From: Candidatus Doudnabacteria bacterium RIFCSPHIGHO2_12_FULL_48_16
Lineage (GTDB): Bacteria; Patescibacteriota; Doudnabacteria; UBA920; O2-02-FULL-48-8
DNA: 64,000 nucleotides
NCBI GenBank assembly: GCA_001780035.1
Contig: MFEY01000007.1
Coordinates: forward strand, 331,146-395,145
Direction of reading: 5' to 3'
Below the pieces are notes generated by a model, which was not told the origin of the DNA, did no database searches, and saw nothing but the letters and a program-made list of their open reading frames with translations. A program made the translations under genes and the position numbers. This document shows positions 28,823 through 36,903 of this stretch, one piece after another. Within the stretch, counting starts at the first letter, position 1, and each line of letters opens with the position of its first letter.

Positions 28823-29357
28823 TGGGGGATTGGTTAAGTTTGTCAAAATCCAAATCTAATTCCTGCCTGAAAATTTTATCAGGATTTTTTTCCAAAAATA
28901 GATTGTCAAAACTGAGCACCCCGGTTTTGTCGTTGGTGGCTTTGAAATTCATGATCCCGAAAATCTGGGTGTGGGACAGGACTTTTTGGGCCAGAGGCTG
29001 GCCTTGCCGGTCCAGCAAGCTGCCGGGATGCAGGCTGCCTTCGTCAACCGTCAAAGAGATGTCATCTGTTTTGGAAACGTTCAGGATATCATTGGTCTCA
29101 TTTTTGAGGGTAAAGTAGATTTTTAAGCTGCCCGCGATGCGCTCGACCCGCTCCACTCCCAAAAACTGATTGGTCAGTTCGCTGCTCGCCGGCTCCTGGG
29201 GCGGTGCGCTTTGGCCGTCGCTGTTTTTAATCGTTGATTTGAGGTTTACTGTCCAGATGATGAGCAGGCCTATGGCGATGACCACGGTGGTTATCCAGAG
29301 AATTTTAACCCGGGTCTCGTATGGTTGGTTTTGGAGGCGTTCAAGCAAGCGGCGCAT
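28809..29357 (-). CDS. Hypothetical membrane-anchored protein
   Basis: 182 aa with one N-terminal transmembrane segment ([21 protein letters not shown]) and an extracytoplasmic domain. It overlaps the gyrA start by 14 nt. Confidence 0.45.
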   Translation of the reverse strand: MRRLLERLQNQPYETRVKILWITTVVIAIGLLIIWTVNLKSTIKNSDGQSAPPQEPASSELTNQFLGVERVERIAGSLKIYFTLKNETNDILNVSKTDDISLTVDEGSLHPGSLLDRQGQPLAQKVLSHTQIFGIMNFKATNDKTGVLSFDNLFLEKNPDKIFRQELDLDFDKLNQSPNVRN

Positions 29358-29360
29358 AAT

Positions 29361-29990
29361 TTACCTTTGCGGAGTTAGGACGACCAGGGATGTCGCCTCG
29401 CCGACCAAATCTTTTTTCTTAAGGCTGAGCTTTTCCTCTTCGGTGTGTTTGCCGCCCATTTCCTGTAAAAACTTATCCAGCTTATCCAGGTTAAGAGCCA
29501 GGCCGGAGGTTTTGTAGCTATGCGGCACGATAATGAAGGGTTCCAGCTGCGTGGCGATTTTGGCGCCGACCTCAAAGTCCAAAATTTGCCGGCCGCCGAC
29601 CGGCACCAAGGCGATGTCGGATCCTTCCAGCACTTCCTTCTGTTCATCGGTTAGCTGCGCTTGTTTGATTGGGCCCAAAAAAGCAATCCGGATCCCTTCT
29701 AGCTCAATGCTGTAAATCGTGGTGGCGCCCAGCTCCTTGTTTTCGGCGCCCGTTCCGATGATAAAGGCTTCTTTGATGTCGTATTCGCCTGGGCCCGTGA
29801 TTATAAACGGCGCGCCAGAGATGGACGAAAAATTATTGCACCAATCCAAGGCGGGATTGGAACAAACAACGACGTCAGCGCCGCCCCGCACCGCGGTTAA
29901 TCCGCTGCTGGAGCCAAACGGGTCGGTAATGATGGTGATGTCTTTGCCGGTAATTTTAAAGCTGCTGAGTCCGAACCAGGAAATAGTCAT
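29361..29990 (-). CDS. MBL-fold metal-dependent hydrolase (UPF0173-like)
   Basis: 209 aa, MTISWFGLSSFKITGKDITIITDPFG...ADVVVCSN, characteristic of the small beta-lactamase-fold hydrolases. Confidence 0.55.
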   Translation of the reverse strand: MTISWFGLSSFKITGKDITIITDPFGSSSGLTAVRGGADVVVCSNPALDWCNNFSSISGAPFIITGPGEYDIKEAFIIGTGAENKELGATTIYSIELEGIRIAFLGPIKQAQLTDEQKEVLEGSDIALVPVGGRQILDFEVGAKIATQLEPFIIVPHSYKTSGLALNLDKLDKFLQEMGGKHTEEEKLSLKKKDLVGEATSLVVLTPQR

Positions 29991-30063
29991 TTGGGGATAA
30001 GATTATGAAATTCTGCCTTTGTATTTTAGCAAATTTCGGGCAATTTTGGAAGTCCAGCAGCCC

Positions 30064-30092
30064 TTGATTTTTCTGCCCCAAAAGCGTATAAT
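30064..30092 (+). promoter_or_regulatory. rpsA promoter candidate (TTGATT-17-TATAAT)
   Basis: Consensus spacing and a perfect -10 element, 65 nt upstream of the rpsA ATG. Confidence 0.5.
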
Positions 30093-30156
30093 TCTCACAG
30101 TTATAGAAGGGGTTTGGATCATCGCAGCGTCGAATGGCCAGACCCAAATTTAAGCA

Positions 30157-31278
30157 ATGAGCAACACAGCAACCATGGACGCCAAAACCATGCAAGAGCT
30201 TTTGGCAGCCGACGGCGGGGAAATCAAAGTCCCCAAAGCCGGCGATGTGATTGAAGGCACGGTTTTAACCGTCGCCAAGAATGAAGTTTATGTCGACATC
30301 GAAGGCATCGGCCTGGGTGTGGTGCGGGGCCGCGAACTTTATGACGAATCCGTGCGTCTCGGGCAACTGAAAGCCGGCGATACGGTTTTGGCCCAGGTCC
30401 TTGAGCCGGAAAACAAGGACGGCAACATCGAATTGTCGTTCCGGGCCGCCGGCCAGGAACGCGTTTGGCAAACTCTGGCCGAACGGCTCAAAGCCAAGGA
30501 AATTATCCAGACCAAAATCATCGAAGCCAATAAGGGCGGGCTCATGGTCGAACTCAACGGCGTGGTTGGATTTTTACCGGTGTCGCAGTTAGCGACTGAG
30601 CATTATCCACGCGTGGAAGAGGGTGACAAAAACAAGATTTTGGAAATTCTCAAAAGCTATGTCGGCCAAACTTTTGACGTACAGATCATTACCGCCGATC
30701 CCCAGGAAGAAAAATTGATCGTCTCCGAAAAAGCTGTCGGCGAGGGCGCCCTCCGCGAAAAGATGGGCAAGCTGCATATCGGTGACGTGGTCGAAGGTGA
30801 AGTTTCTGGCATTGTTGACTTTGGTATCTTCATGAAATTTGGCGAAGGCCTGGAAGGTCTGGTCCATATTTCAGAATTGGCCTGGTCGCGGATTGAACAC
30901 CCCAAAGACCTCTATAAGGTCAGCCAAAAAGTCCAGGCCCAGATTATTTCGATTGACCGGGACCGCATTTCGCTGTCAATCAAGCGCTTGCTGGCTGACC
31001 CGTGGCTCGAATCAATCAAGAAATACCAGGTTGGGCAGATCGTGACCGGCAAAATCACAAAAGTCACGCCTTACGGCGCTTTTGTGGAACTGGATCCGGA
31101 AATTTCCGGGTTGGTACACTCCGTGGAATTATCAGCCGAAGAAGGCAAAGAGCCCGGCGAAATTGTCGCCGTGGGTGATGAGAAACAATTCAAAATCATT
31201 TCCATCGATCCAGCCGATCACCGCTTGGGATTATCTCTTCGAGCCGTGATCGCATCAGCTCCAGCCGAAGCCAAATAA
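30157..31278 (+). CDS. rpsA: 30S ribosomal protein S1 (four S1 domains)
   Basis: Repeated S1 OB-fold modules (GDVIEGTV..., GDTVLAQV..., GDVVEGEVSGIVDFGIFMKF..., GQIVTGKITKVTPYGAFVEL). Confidence 0.75.
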   Translation: MSNTATMDAKTMQELLAADGGEIKVPKAGDVIEGTVLTVAKNEVYVDIEGIGLGVVRGRELYDESVRLGQLKAGDTVLAQVLEPENKDGNIELSFRAAGQERVWQTLAERLKAKEIIQTKIIEANKGGLMVELNGVVGFLPVSQLATEHYPRVEEGDKNKILEILKSYVGQTFDVQIITADPQEEKLIVSEKAVGEGALREKMGKLHIGDVVEGEVSGIVDFGIFMKFGEGLEGLVHISELAWSRIEHPKDLYKVSQKVQAQIISIDRDRISLSIKRLLADPWLESIKKYQVGQIVTGKITKVTPYGAFVELDPEISGLVHSVELSAEEGKEPGEIVAVGDEKQFKIISIDPADHRLGLSLRAVIASAPAEAK

Positions 31279-31287
31279 TTCTCAATA

Positions 31288-31322
31288 AAAAAACTCTCCC
31301 GGTATGCCGGGAGAGTTTTTTG
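31288..31322. terminator. Bidirectional terminator (CTCTCCCGG-tatg-CCGGGAGAG flanked by A-run and T-run)
   Basis: AAAAAAACTCTCCCGGTATGCCGGGAGAGTTTTTTG. Confidence 0.7.
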
Positions 31323-32006
31323 TTATTCAATGCTACTTTCGATGGCGACCAGATCGTTGTAAACGGATTTGTTATTGTTAACCCAATGATCACCCGGCGG
31401 TTGCTTGTAGAGCCCATTCATGCGTTCAAAACTCATTTGGGAATATTTGACCGTAGACCGCAGTGGATATTTGTTTAAGAACCGATTCATGGCGATGACG
31501 CCTTCGCCCAAGTTGTCGCCCATGTCCCAGAGGTCTGAGCCCCCCACCCCCCAGCAATTGGCTTTGTCCAAAGGGTAGCGCCGACAGAGCGTGCTTTCGG
31601 CATTGGCCAGAGCGGTGATTTTTTTCCAGTTGCGCAGGCTGACCAAAGTCGAAGCATAAGGCGCGAGTGGCGAGCGCTGGGAGGCCAGGTAAGCGCCGAC
31701 TGCCGTAGCGAGCTTCTGCTGCCGGATCGCCTGCTGCACCGCCTGCCGCTGATAATACTCGTCGGTTAAGTCTTGGTTTAGCTGGGAGAGGTAATCTTCA
31801 TAGTCGGAAATCCCGGATTCAAAAACCAGGGCCGGACCCAATTCGGGCGCTAGCAACGGCGGCTGGGCATAAGTGACATGCGGCACCAGCGTTGCCAAAA
31901 GCCCCAGCAAAAAGAGGGTAAGTGAAAACTTATGGCGCAGGGCCAGTGTGTTAAAGCTGGCTTTCAGCGGATAATTTTTTATTTTACGAACAATGTCTAT
32001 GTCCAT
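31323..32006 (-). CDS. Hypothetical secreted protein
   Basis: 227 aa with an N-terminal hydrophobic signal-like segment (FSLTLFLLGLLATLVPHVTYAQPP). I recognise no domain. Confidence 0.45.
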   Translation of the reverse strand: MDIDIVRKIKNYPLKASFNTLALRHKFSLTLFLLGLLATLVPHVTYAQPPLLAPELGPALVFESGISDYEDYLSQLNQDLTDEYYQRQAVQQAIRQQKLATAVGAYLASQRSPLAPYASTLVSLRNWKKITALANAESTLCRRYPLDKANCWGVGGSDLWDMGDNLGEGVIAMNRFLNKYPLRSTVKYSQMSFERMNGLYKQPPGDHWVNNNKSVYNDLVAIESSIE

Positions 32007-32131
32007 TTAGGATTTGTGGGGGTAATCTCAGCAGAACCGTATCAAATTTAAACTGTCGGGTCAATGCTAACATGTGGATTGTCTGTGCAGAATAAGATAT
32101 AATATTTGGAGTTTGCGGTTCAATATGGGAT

Positions 32132-32161
32132 GGCGTCATGGCCGAGCGGTTAGGCAGAGGT
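32132..32161 (+). other. 5' half of a second tRNA-Cys-like gene (acceptor GGCGTCA + D-arm), separated from its 3' half
   Basis: GGCGTCATGGCCGAGCGGTTAGGCAGAGGT: the D-arm and anticodon-stem 5' strand are identical to tRNA-Cys at 32213. The acceptor strand pairs perfectly with TGACGCC at 32334. Confidence 0.4.
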
Positions 32162-32212
32162 TAAGTCTGCCCCGACGCTTCGGCCGGGGTTCCGACCCAA
32201 AATTTTGGACTT

Positions 32213-32286
32213 GGTCTGGTGGCCGAGCGGTTAGGCAGAGGTCTGCAAAACCTCGTACACCGGTTCAACTCCGGTCCAGACCTCCA
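32213..32286 (+). tRNA. tRNA-Cys (GCA), CCA-encoded
   Basis: Manual cloverleaf: acceptor GGTCTGG/CCAGACC, anticodon arm GAGGT-CTGCAAA-ACCTC, T-arm ACCGG-TTCAACT-CCGGT, discriminator U73 and CCA. Confidence 0.8.
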
Positions 32287-32307
32287 AAATTTTGGCGTCG
32301 GAACAAA

Positions 32308-32344
32308 ACCTCGTACACCGGTTCAACTCCGGTTGACGCCTCCA
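32308..32344 (+). other. 3' half of the second tRNA-Cys-like gene (anticodon-stem 3' strand, T-arm, acceptor TGACGCC, U73, CCA)
   Basis: ACCTCGTACACCGGTTCAACTCCGGTTGACGCCTCCA is identical to tRNA-Cys positions 39-65, followed by an acceptor strand complementary to 32132-32138. Confidence 0.4.
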
Positions 32345-32416
32345 GAATAATAAAATGTAGGTAAACGTAGGAGGATAGAGATTGTCTTTGTCTTTACCAT
32401 CAGATATACTTTTGTT

Positions 32417-32899
32417 ATGAGTAAAGACAGAAAAAAGAAGTGGACAGGAGACCAGTTAAAGAAAGCGGCACAGGAATCCTTTAGTATACGACAGGTAATC
32501 TTTAAGCTGGGTTTAATTCCTGCTGGAGGCAATTATGTTCAAATTCAAAATTATTTAAGGTCGCTTCATATTGATACATCTCATTTTAAAGGGAAGAGTT
32601 GGAATAAAGGGCTAACGGGATTAGTGCGAGCGAGTATGCCCATAGAGCAGATTCTTGTTAAAGAAAGTTATTATCAGAGTTATAAACTAAAAAAGCGTTT
32701 GTTTTCCCTCGGATTGAAGGCCAGGAAATGCGAAGAATGCGGTTGGGCAAAAACTACACCAGAAGGTCGGCTGCCACTAGAGCTAGATCATATTAATGGT
32801 AACCGTAACGACAATAGGTTAGAGAACCTAAGAGTTCTTTGTCCCAACTGCCATAGCTTGCAACCAACTCATAGAGCTAGGAACAAGAAGAAAAAATAG
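32417..32899 (+). CDS. HNH endonuclease (free-standing, homing-endonuclease-like)
   Basis: 160 aa. C-terminal zinc-ribbon HNH motif CEECGW...ELDHINGNRNDNRLENLRVLCPNCHS. Located between the tRNA-Cys locus and tRNA-Leu. Confidence 0.75.
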   Translation: MSKDRKKKWTGDQLKKAAQESFSIRQVIFKLGLIPAGGNYVQIQNYLRSLHIDTSHFKGKSWNKGLTGLVRASMPIEQILVKESYYQSYKLKKRLFSLGLKARKCEECGWAKTTPEGRLPLELDHINGNRNDNRLENLRVLCPNCHSLQPTHRARNKKKK

Positions 32900-32907
32900 T
32901 TTTATTT

Positions 32908-32993
32908 GCCCGGGTGGTGGAATGGTATACACGCAGCACTTAAAATGCTGTGGGCGTAAGCTCTTGAGAGTTCGAATCTCTCCCCGGGCACCA
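32908..32993 (+). tRNA. tRNA-Leu (TAA), type II, CCA-encoded
   Basis: Acceptor GCCCGGG/CCCGGGC, anticodon loop CTTAAAA, long variable arm and T-loop TTCGAAT. The anticodon loop is intact, so there is no intron. Confidence 0.85.
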
Positions 32994-33071
32994 GAAAGGA
33001 AAAGTCAAAGAGTTTTGGGGGAAGAAATTTTTTTAATCACAAAGTCGAAAAAATAATTTACGAATAACCAT

Positions 33072-33695
33072 ATGAATCAAAAAGGATTTGCAAATATAGT
33101 TTTGATAGTAGTAATTATTGCCATTGTCGCTGTTGGTGGATATTTTGTTTTTTCCAAAAAATCAAATCAATTTAGTAAAAGTCCGATACCTACCTCGACT
33201 CAAAATTTCGGTCCAATCGCAGATTGGGAAACATACACCTTGCCGACTACGGACGAATTTTTAAGTCCAGCCCCAGCACTTGGTTTTAGTTTTCGCTACC
33301 CTAGTATTTTTCGGGCTCCAATACTTAGTTTTAATCGGGTTACGCCAGGGGATTCGCCGCGTCGTCAGATTAATATTTCTACGGGTAGCGGGTCATTTCT
33401 AGTAGATATTACCGTTAACGCTCGTAGTTACGGTGGAACAATAGTTCCTGAGTTAAAAAATACTTCGTCAGGTACTGTTGTATCCGGAGATAATCGTACA
33501 CTTACTTACCAGACTGGCCGATTCACTCCTCTAGGAGGTCCTGTGAGGATGTGGTATGTTGGCACTAGAGTTAATGAGGACGCTTACTTCATGATTAACG
33601 GAGATGTCTATTCCATTAGATTCTCGGCCAATGACGATAGTGATCAAACACAACTTGTCCGCCAGATCCTCTCTACAATCAAATTTACGAATTAG
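33072..33695 (+). CDS. Hypothetical membrane-anchored protein (pilin-like N-terminal TM)
   Basis: 207 aa. MNQKGFANIVLIVVIIAIVAVGGYF transmembrane anchor followed by a Ser/Thr-rich extracellular domain. Confidence 0.45.
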   Translation: MNQKGFANIVLIVVIIAIVAVGGYFVFSKKSNQFSKSPIPTSTQNFGPIADWETYTLPTTDEFLSPAPALGFSFRYPSIFRAPILSFNRVTPGDSPRRQINISTGSGSFLVDITVNARSYGGTIVPELKNTSSGTVVSGDNRTLTYQTGRFTPLGGPVRMWYVGTRVNEDAYFMINGDVYSIRFSANDDSDQTQLVRQILSTIKFTN

Positions 33696-33895
33696 TTTTC
33701 AAAGAATTTGCCGCTAAAGAAAAACTTGCCTGTCCGCCGAAACTTTAGTGCAGGCGAAAAATTGTCAGCGGTGCGGCTCCGCCGCCTTTCCGAATTTTCG
33801 CGGGGTGAATTCCCCGCCGCCGCAGGCGGCGAAATGCGTTCGGACTAATTCAAGAATACTGCACCATAATTTATAGAAGAGTTATTGGAAATAAA

Positions 33896-33921
33896 TAAGC
33901 GGGTAAAACCGCTTATTTTTC
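33896..33921 (+). terminator. Intrinsic terminator (TAAGCGG-gtaaaa-CCGCTTA + TTTTT) ending an ORF-free structured region
   Basis: Hairpin with a T-run, about 200 nt downstream of 33695 with no intervening ORF. Confidence 0.6.
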
Positions 33922-33992
33922 AATATGAGCCCTGTAACATTTAACCTGCTTGGGGCATTATATTACTGTGATCACATTATTAACTTCACGAT

Positions 33993-34511
33993 ATGAACTC
34001 GGCGGATGAGCGGTTGTTAGTGGTTAAAGCACAAGGAGGCGACCGCGAAGCCATAGGGCAGCTTTGGGATCTTTTGACCCCCAAGCTTTACGGATATTTG
34101 TTAAACACCCTACGCCACCGTCCCCTCGCTGAAGATATTTTACAGTCGACCTGGCTAAAAGCGATCGAGGCACTCCCCAAATTTCAGCAGAAACATATCC
34201 GTGTCGGCTCTTGGCTGTTTGCGATTGCCCGGAATGAATGCCGGCAACATTGGCGTAAATCAAACCGAGAGGTTGGGTTGAATGCGTCCCTAAACGAATT
34301 GCCAAGCAATACCTATATCGATTCAGAGAATCAAATTTTAGTTGAACAAATGCTGGCCCCTTTATCTGAAGATGATCGGGAATTGATTCGTCTTCGATAC
34401 ATTGCCGATTTGCCCTTGAATGAAATAGCCAAAATTTTGAATCTTAATTTTGTGGCCGTCCGAGTCCGCCTCCACCGAGCTCTCACTCGGGCCAAAAGTA
34501 GCCTTAACTAA
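33993..34511 (+). CDS. ECF-type RNA polymerase sigma factor (sigma-70 regions 2 and 4)
   Basis: 172 aa. Region 2 ...DILQSTWLKAIEALPKF... and the region 4 HTH LNEIAKILNLNFVAVRVRLHRALTRAK. Confidence 0.8.
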   Translation: MNSADERLLVVKAQGGDREAIGQLWDLLTPKLYGYLLNTLRHRPLAEDILQSTWLKAIEALPKFQQKHIRVGSWLFAIARNECRQHWRKSNREVGLNASLNELPSNTYIDSENQILVEQMLAPLSEDDRELIRLRYIADLPLNEIAKILNLNFVAVRVRLHRALTRAKSSLN

Positions 34512-34516
34512 TACGT

Positions 34517-35632
34517 ATGAATAACCAGCACGATATAGAAGATGTTTTAACTTCCTGGGGTAAAAATTCCCGGCAGGAGCCGGTCAATAATCAGATTTTA
34601 AAATCTGAAATTTTATCGAAAGAATTTGCGACCGCGAAAAAGATTGCTCCGACCAGGGCTTGGCCATTGTGGTTTTCTCTGAGCCTTACTGGTGTTGCCG
34701 TAATTCTATTTTTCGTTAATTTGTTTCCTACGGTTAATTTTTCCTCTCCTAAATTATGGGCACCGTCCGAGAGCAGTCCTACTGCCGGTGTGAGCGCTCC
34801 CCAAAATAGCATCATTGCTCCAGATTATTATCCCAGAGATGTCACGCCTGTTTCCGACAACCGCGAGTTCTTGAAAAAAGATTACAATGCCACTCTTCGC
34901 TCCCGTGACGTTTCAGAATTAGTAGATCGAATTCAAATTACGGTCCGTGGGTTCAATGGCCGCGTAGATGGTTCGAGTGGCTCTGTCAAAAATGGATATG
35001 TTAGCTTTGTAATACCGGCGAGTTCATTGGAGACTTTCCGAGCTCAGATTAAGACATTGGTTCCTGGCAAATTTTATGCAGAGCAAATTTATACGCAAAA
35101 TCTTCTGCCCCAAAAACAATCAATCGAACAAAGCCGAACGGAAGCCGAAAAAACTCTGGCCCAGCTTCAGGCCAGCCGCCAACAGTTAATCACTGCGCAT
35201 TCGTCAGCTGTTAATTCCCTGCAGCAGCGGCTGAATGCTGTGGCCAAAGAACAGACGGCTCTACAGTCGGAAGTAACGTTTGACCCAGCCCGGCAAGCTC
35301 AAATCAACGCTCGCCTGGACCAGCTGGCCAAGCAGAAAATAAGCCTGCAGAGTCAGCTGGTCAGCGAAAACAATTCATACAGCCAGAAACTTGGCTCTTG
35401 GGACAGCCAAATCTCCTATACTCAGACTAACCTGGAAAACATTCAGAAACAGGATCAGAGCCTGGTGGATAATGTTGCCACAGTTCAAGGCTACATTGCC
35501 ATCAATTGGATTAGTCTTTGGGAAGCGGCAGACCTATACATGTCTGGACCGTTAGTCGCTTGGTTATTTTTAGCTGCTGCGCTTGCCGTGTATTTATGGC
35601 AGCGTCGAACGCCAGAAATTTTACTGCCGTAA
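34517..35632 (+). CDS. Putative anti-sigma factor / DUF4349-like membrane protein
   Basis: Directly downstream of the ECF sigma gene. It has an N-terminal transmembrane segment, an extracytoplasmic coiled coil (QLQASRQQLITAHSSAVNSLQQRL...) and a C-terminal transmembrane segment (GPLVAWLFLAAALAVYLWQRR). Confidence 0.45.
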   Translation: MNNQHDIEDVLTSWGKNSRQEPVNNQILKSEILSKEFATAKKIAPTRAWPLWFSLSLTGVAVILFFVNLFPTVNFSSPKLWAPSESSPTAGVSAPQNSIIAPDYYPRDVTPVSDNREFLKKDYNATLRSRDVSELVDRIQITVRGFNGRVDGSSGSVKNGYVSFVIPASSLETFRAQIKTLVPGKFYAEQIYTQNLLPQKQSIEQSRTEAEKTLAQLQASRQQLITAHSSAVNSLQQRLNAVAKEQTALQSEVTFDPARQAQINARLDQLAKQKISLQSQLVSENNSYSQKLGSWDSQISYTQTNLENIQKQDQSLVDNVATVQGYIAINWISLWEAADLYMSGPLVAWLFLAAALAVYLWQRRTPEILLP

Positions 35633-35640
35633 GAATTTTA

Positions 35641-35671
35641 AAAGCCCCCGATATTCGGGGGCTTTATTTTT
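35641..35671. terminator. Bidirectional terminator (AAGCCCCCG-atatt-CGGGGGCTT + T-run)
   Basis: AAAAGCCCCCGATATTCGGGGGCTTTATTTTTT. Confidence 0.7.
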
Positions 35672-36399
35672 TATTCGATTGTTTTAGCCACTGGAGCCAC
35701 AGCCACGGGTTTCAAAAACTTTTTGTAAGTACCTTTGGTGTAAGCATACCAGGGTTGGAATCCGCGAGCCTTATATTTGAGCAAGGCAATGTCGAGGTTG
35801 AATTTGCAATCCCGCAATTGCTCAACGCTGTAAGGCGGGTGGTATTTGGGATTCCAGTTGATCTGAGCCAATCCGACGTCGAGCGAACCATTGCGGTTCA
35901 CGCCGCGGTTGTCGCGGGTACATTCATGGGTCCCATTTTCACCCTTTAGCACTGCGATAAAGATTTCACACTGGGCCAGACCCATCTTCGGACAGACATA
36001 AGCGCGGATTTCTGGCTCATGCATGTAAACTCGGTCATCGCCCAAAATCTTGGGCGGGAAGGAGTAAGAAGATTTGGTGACCGCAATTGTTTTCTTCGGT
36101 GCAATCACAACTGGAGCGGGCGCGGGATCAACGATCGGTTCCGGTTCAGCCACAGTTTCATCATTATCATTGTTATCAATGAAGTCAGAAATCTGTTGGA
36201 TGTTGGGAATTGTAATTGTTTGAAAGTTTTTTATTTCAAGGACTTGTCGTGTTTTGTTTTCCGCCTTCGCTAAAGCTATGGCGGACAAGTCAGTTGAGGC
36301 CATCGCTGCCTGGGGTAACAACAGGGTTGGCAGGATGGTTAGCAAACTGATCAAGATGATCCGGTTTGCTAAGGTCAACCGTTCAAAACGGCTAGTCAT
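35671..36399 (-). CDS. Lytic transglycosylase, SLT (GH23) domain, secreted
   Basis: N-terminal signal peptide. C-terminal ...GENGTHECTRDNRGVNRNGSLDVGLAQINW resembles the SLT catalytic region (E...S...GLMQIN). Confidence 0.55.
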   Translation of the reverse strand: MTSRFERLTLANRIILISLLTILPTLLLPQAAMASTDLSAIALAKAENKTRQVLEIKNFQTITIPNIQQISDFIDNNDNDETVAEPEPIVDPAPAPVVIAPKKTIAVTKSSYSFPPKILGDDRVYMHEPEIRAYVCPKMGLAQCEIFIAVLKGENGTHECTRDNRGVNRNGSLDVGLAQINWNPKYHPPYSVEQLRDCKFNLDIALLKYKARGFQPWYAYTKGTYKKFLKPVAVAPVAKTIE

Positions 36400-36664
36400 G
36401 AAATATGTCCTTGCCGATTATGAACCTGGAACCTGAGACCGCCGGCCGAGGTTGAAATTCGGCCAGACTCCATTCAAGGAAGATCAGGTAAGGACCATAA
36501 AACGGTTTGGTTGAGACCTTATAAAAGAGCTTTGATTGCGTGGTAACATAGGGGTTCCTATGTTGCCTGCCCCCGCCTGGCACAAGGCCAGGACGGGGTA
36601 CGCAACTATCAATATTAGCATAAAACCGGGGTTTTGTCAAGGGTTAAGTCAAAGTGTGCTAGAA

Positions 36665-36693
36665 TTGACCTAGAGGCGATTTTGGCCTATAAT
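36665..36693 (+). promoter_or_regulatory. Consensus sigma-70 promoter of the tRNA cluster (TTGACC-17-TATAAT)
   Basis: Perfect -10 element and a near-perfect -35 element, 18 nt upstream of tRNA-Leu(GAG). Confidence 0.6.
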
Positions 36694-36710
36694 TGATAGG
36701 ATTTTTGTTG

Positions 36711-36796
36711 GCGCGGGTGGCGAAATGGCAGACGCACTACCTTGAGGTGGTAGCGCCCGCAAGGGCATGGAGGTTCGACTCCTCTCCCGCGCACCA
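36711..36796 (+). tRNA. tRNA-Leu (GAG), type II, CCA-encoded
   Basis: Acceptor GCGCGGG/CCCGCGC, anticodon arm CTACC-TTGAGGT-GGTAG and a long variable arm. Confidence 0.85.
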
Positions 36797-36798
36797 GA

Positions 36799-36875
36799 GG
36801 ACGCTTAGCTCAGTTGGTTAGAGCGTCTCGTTTACACCGAGAAGGTCGAAGGTTCGAATCCTTCAGCGTCCACCA
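36799..36875 (+). tRNA. tRNA-Val (TAC), CCA-encoded
   Basis: Acceptor GGACGCT/AGCGTCC, anticodon arm TCTCG-TTTACAC-CGAGA and T-loop TTCGAAT. Confidence 0.85.
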
Positions 36876-36903
36876 GAAAAATTGCTATAATAAGAATCCG
36901 CGA

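Noticed and set aside
32074-32364. 96-aa plus-strand ORF
   Set aside because: It covers the tRNA-Cys locus and is Arg/Pro-rich junk produced by translating the tRNA sequence.
32908-32993. Possible group I intron in tRNA-Leu(TAA), given the neighbouring HNH endonuclease
   Set aside because: The anticodon loop CTTAAAA is continuous and the gene is 86 nt long, so no intron is present.
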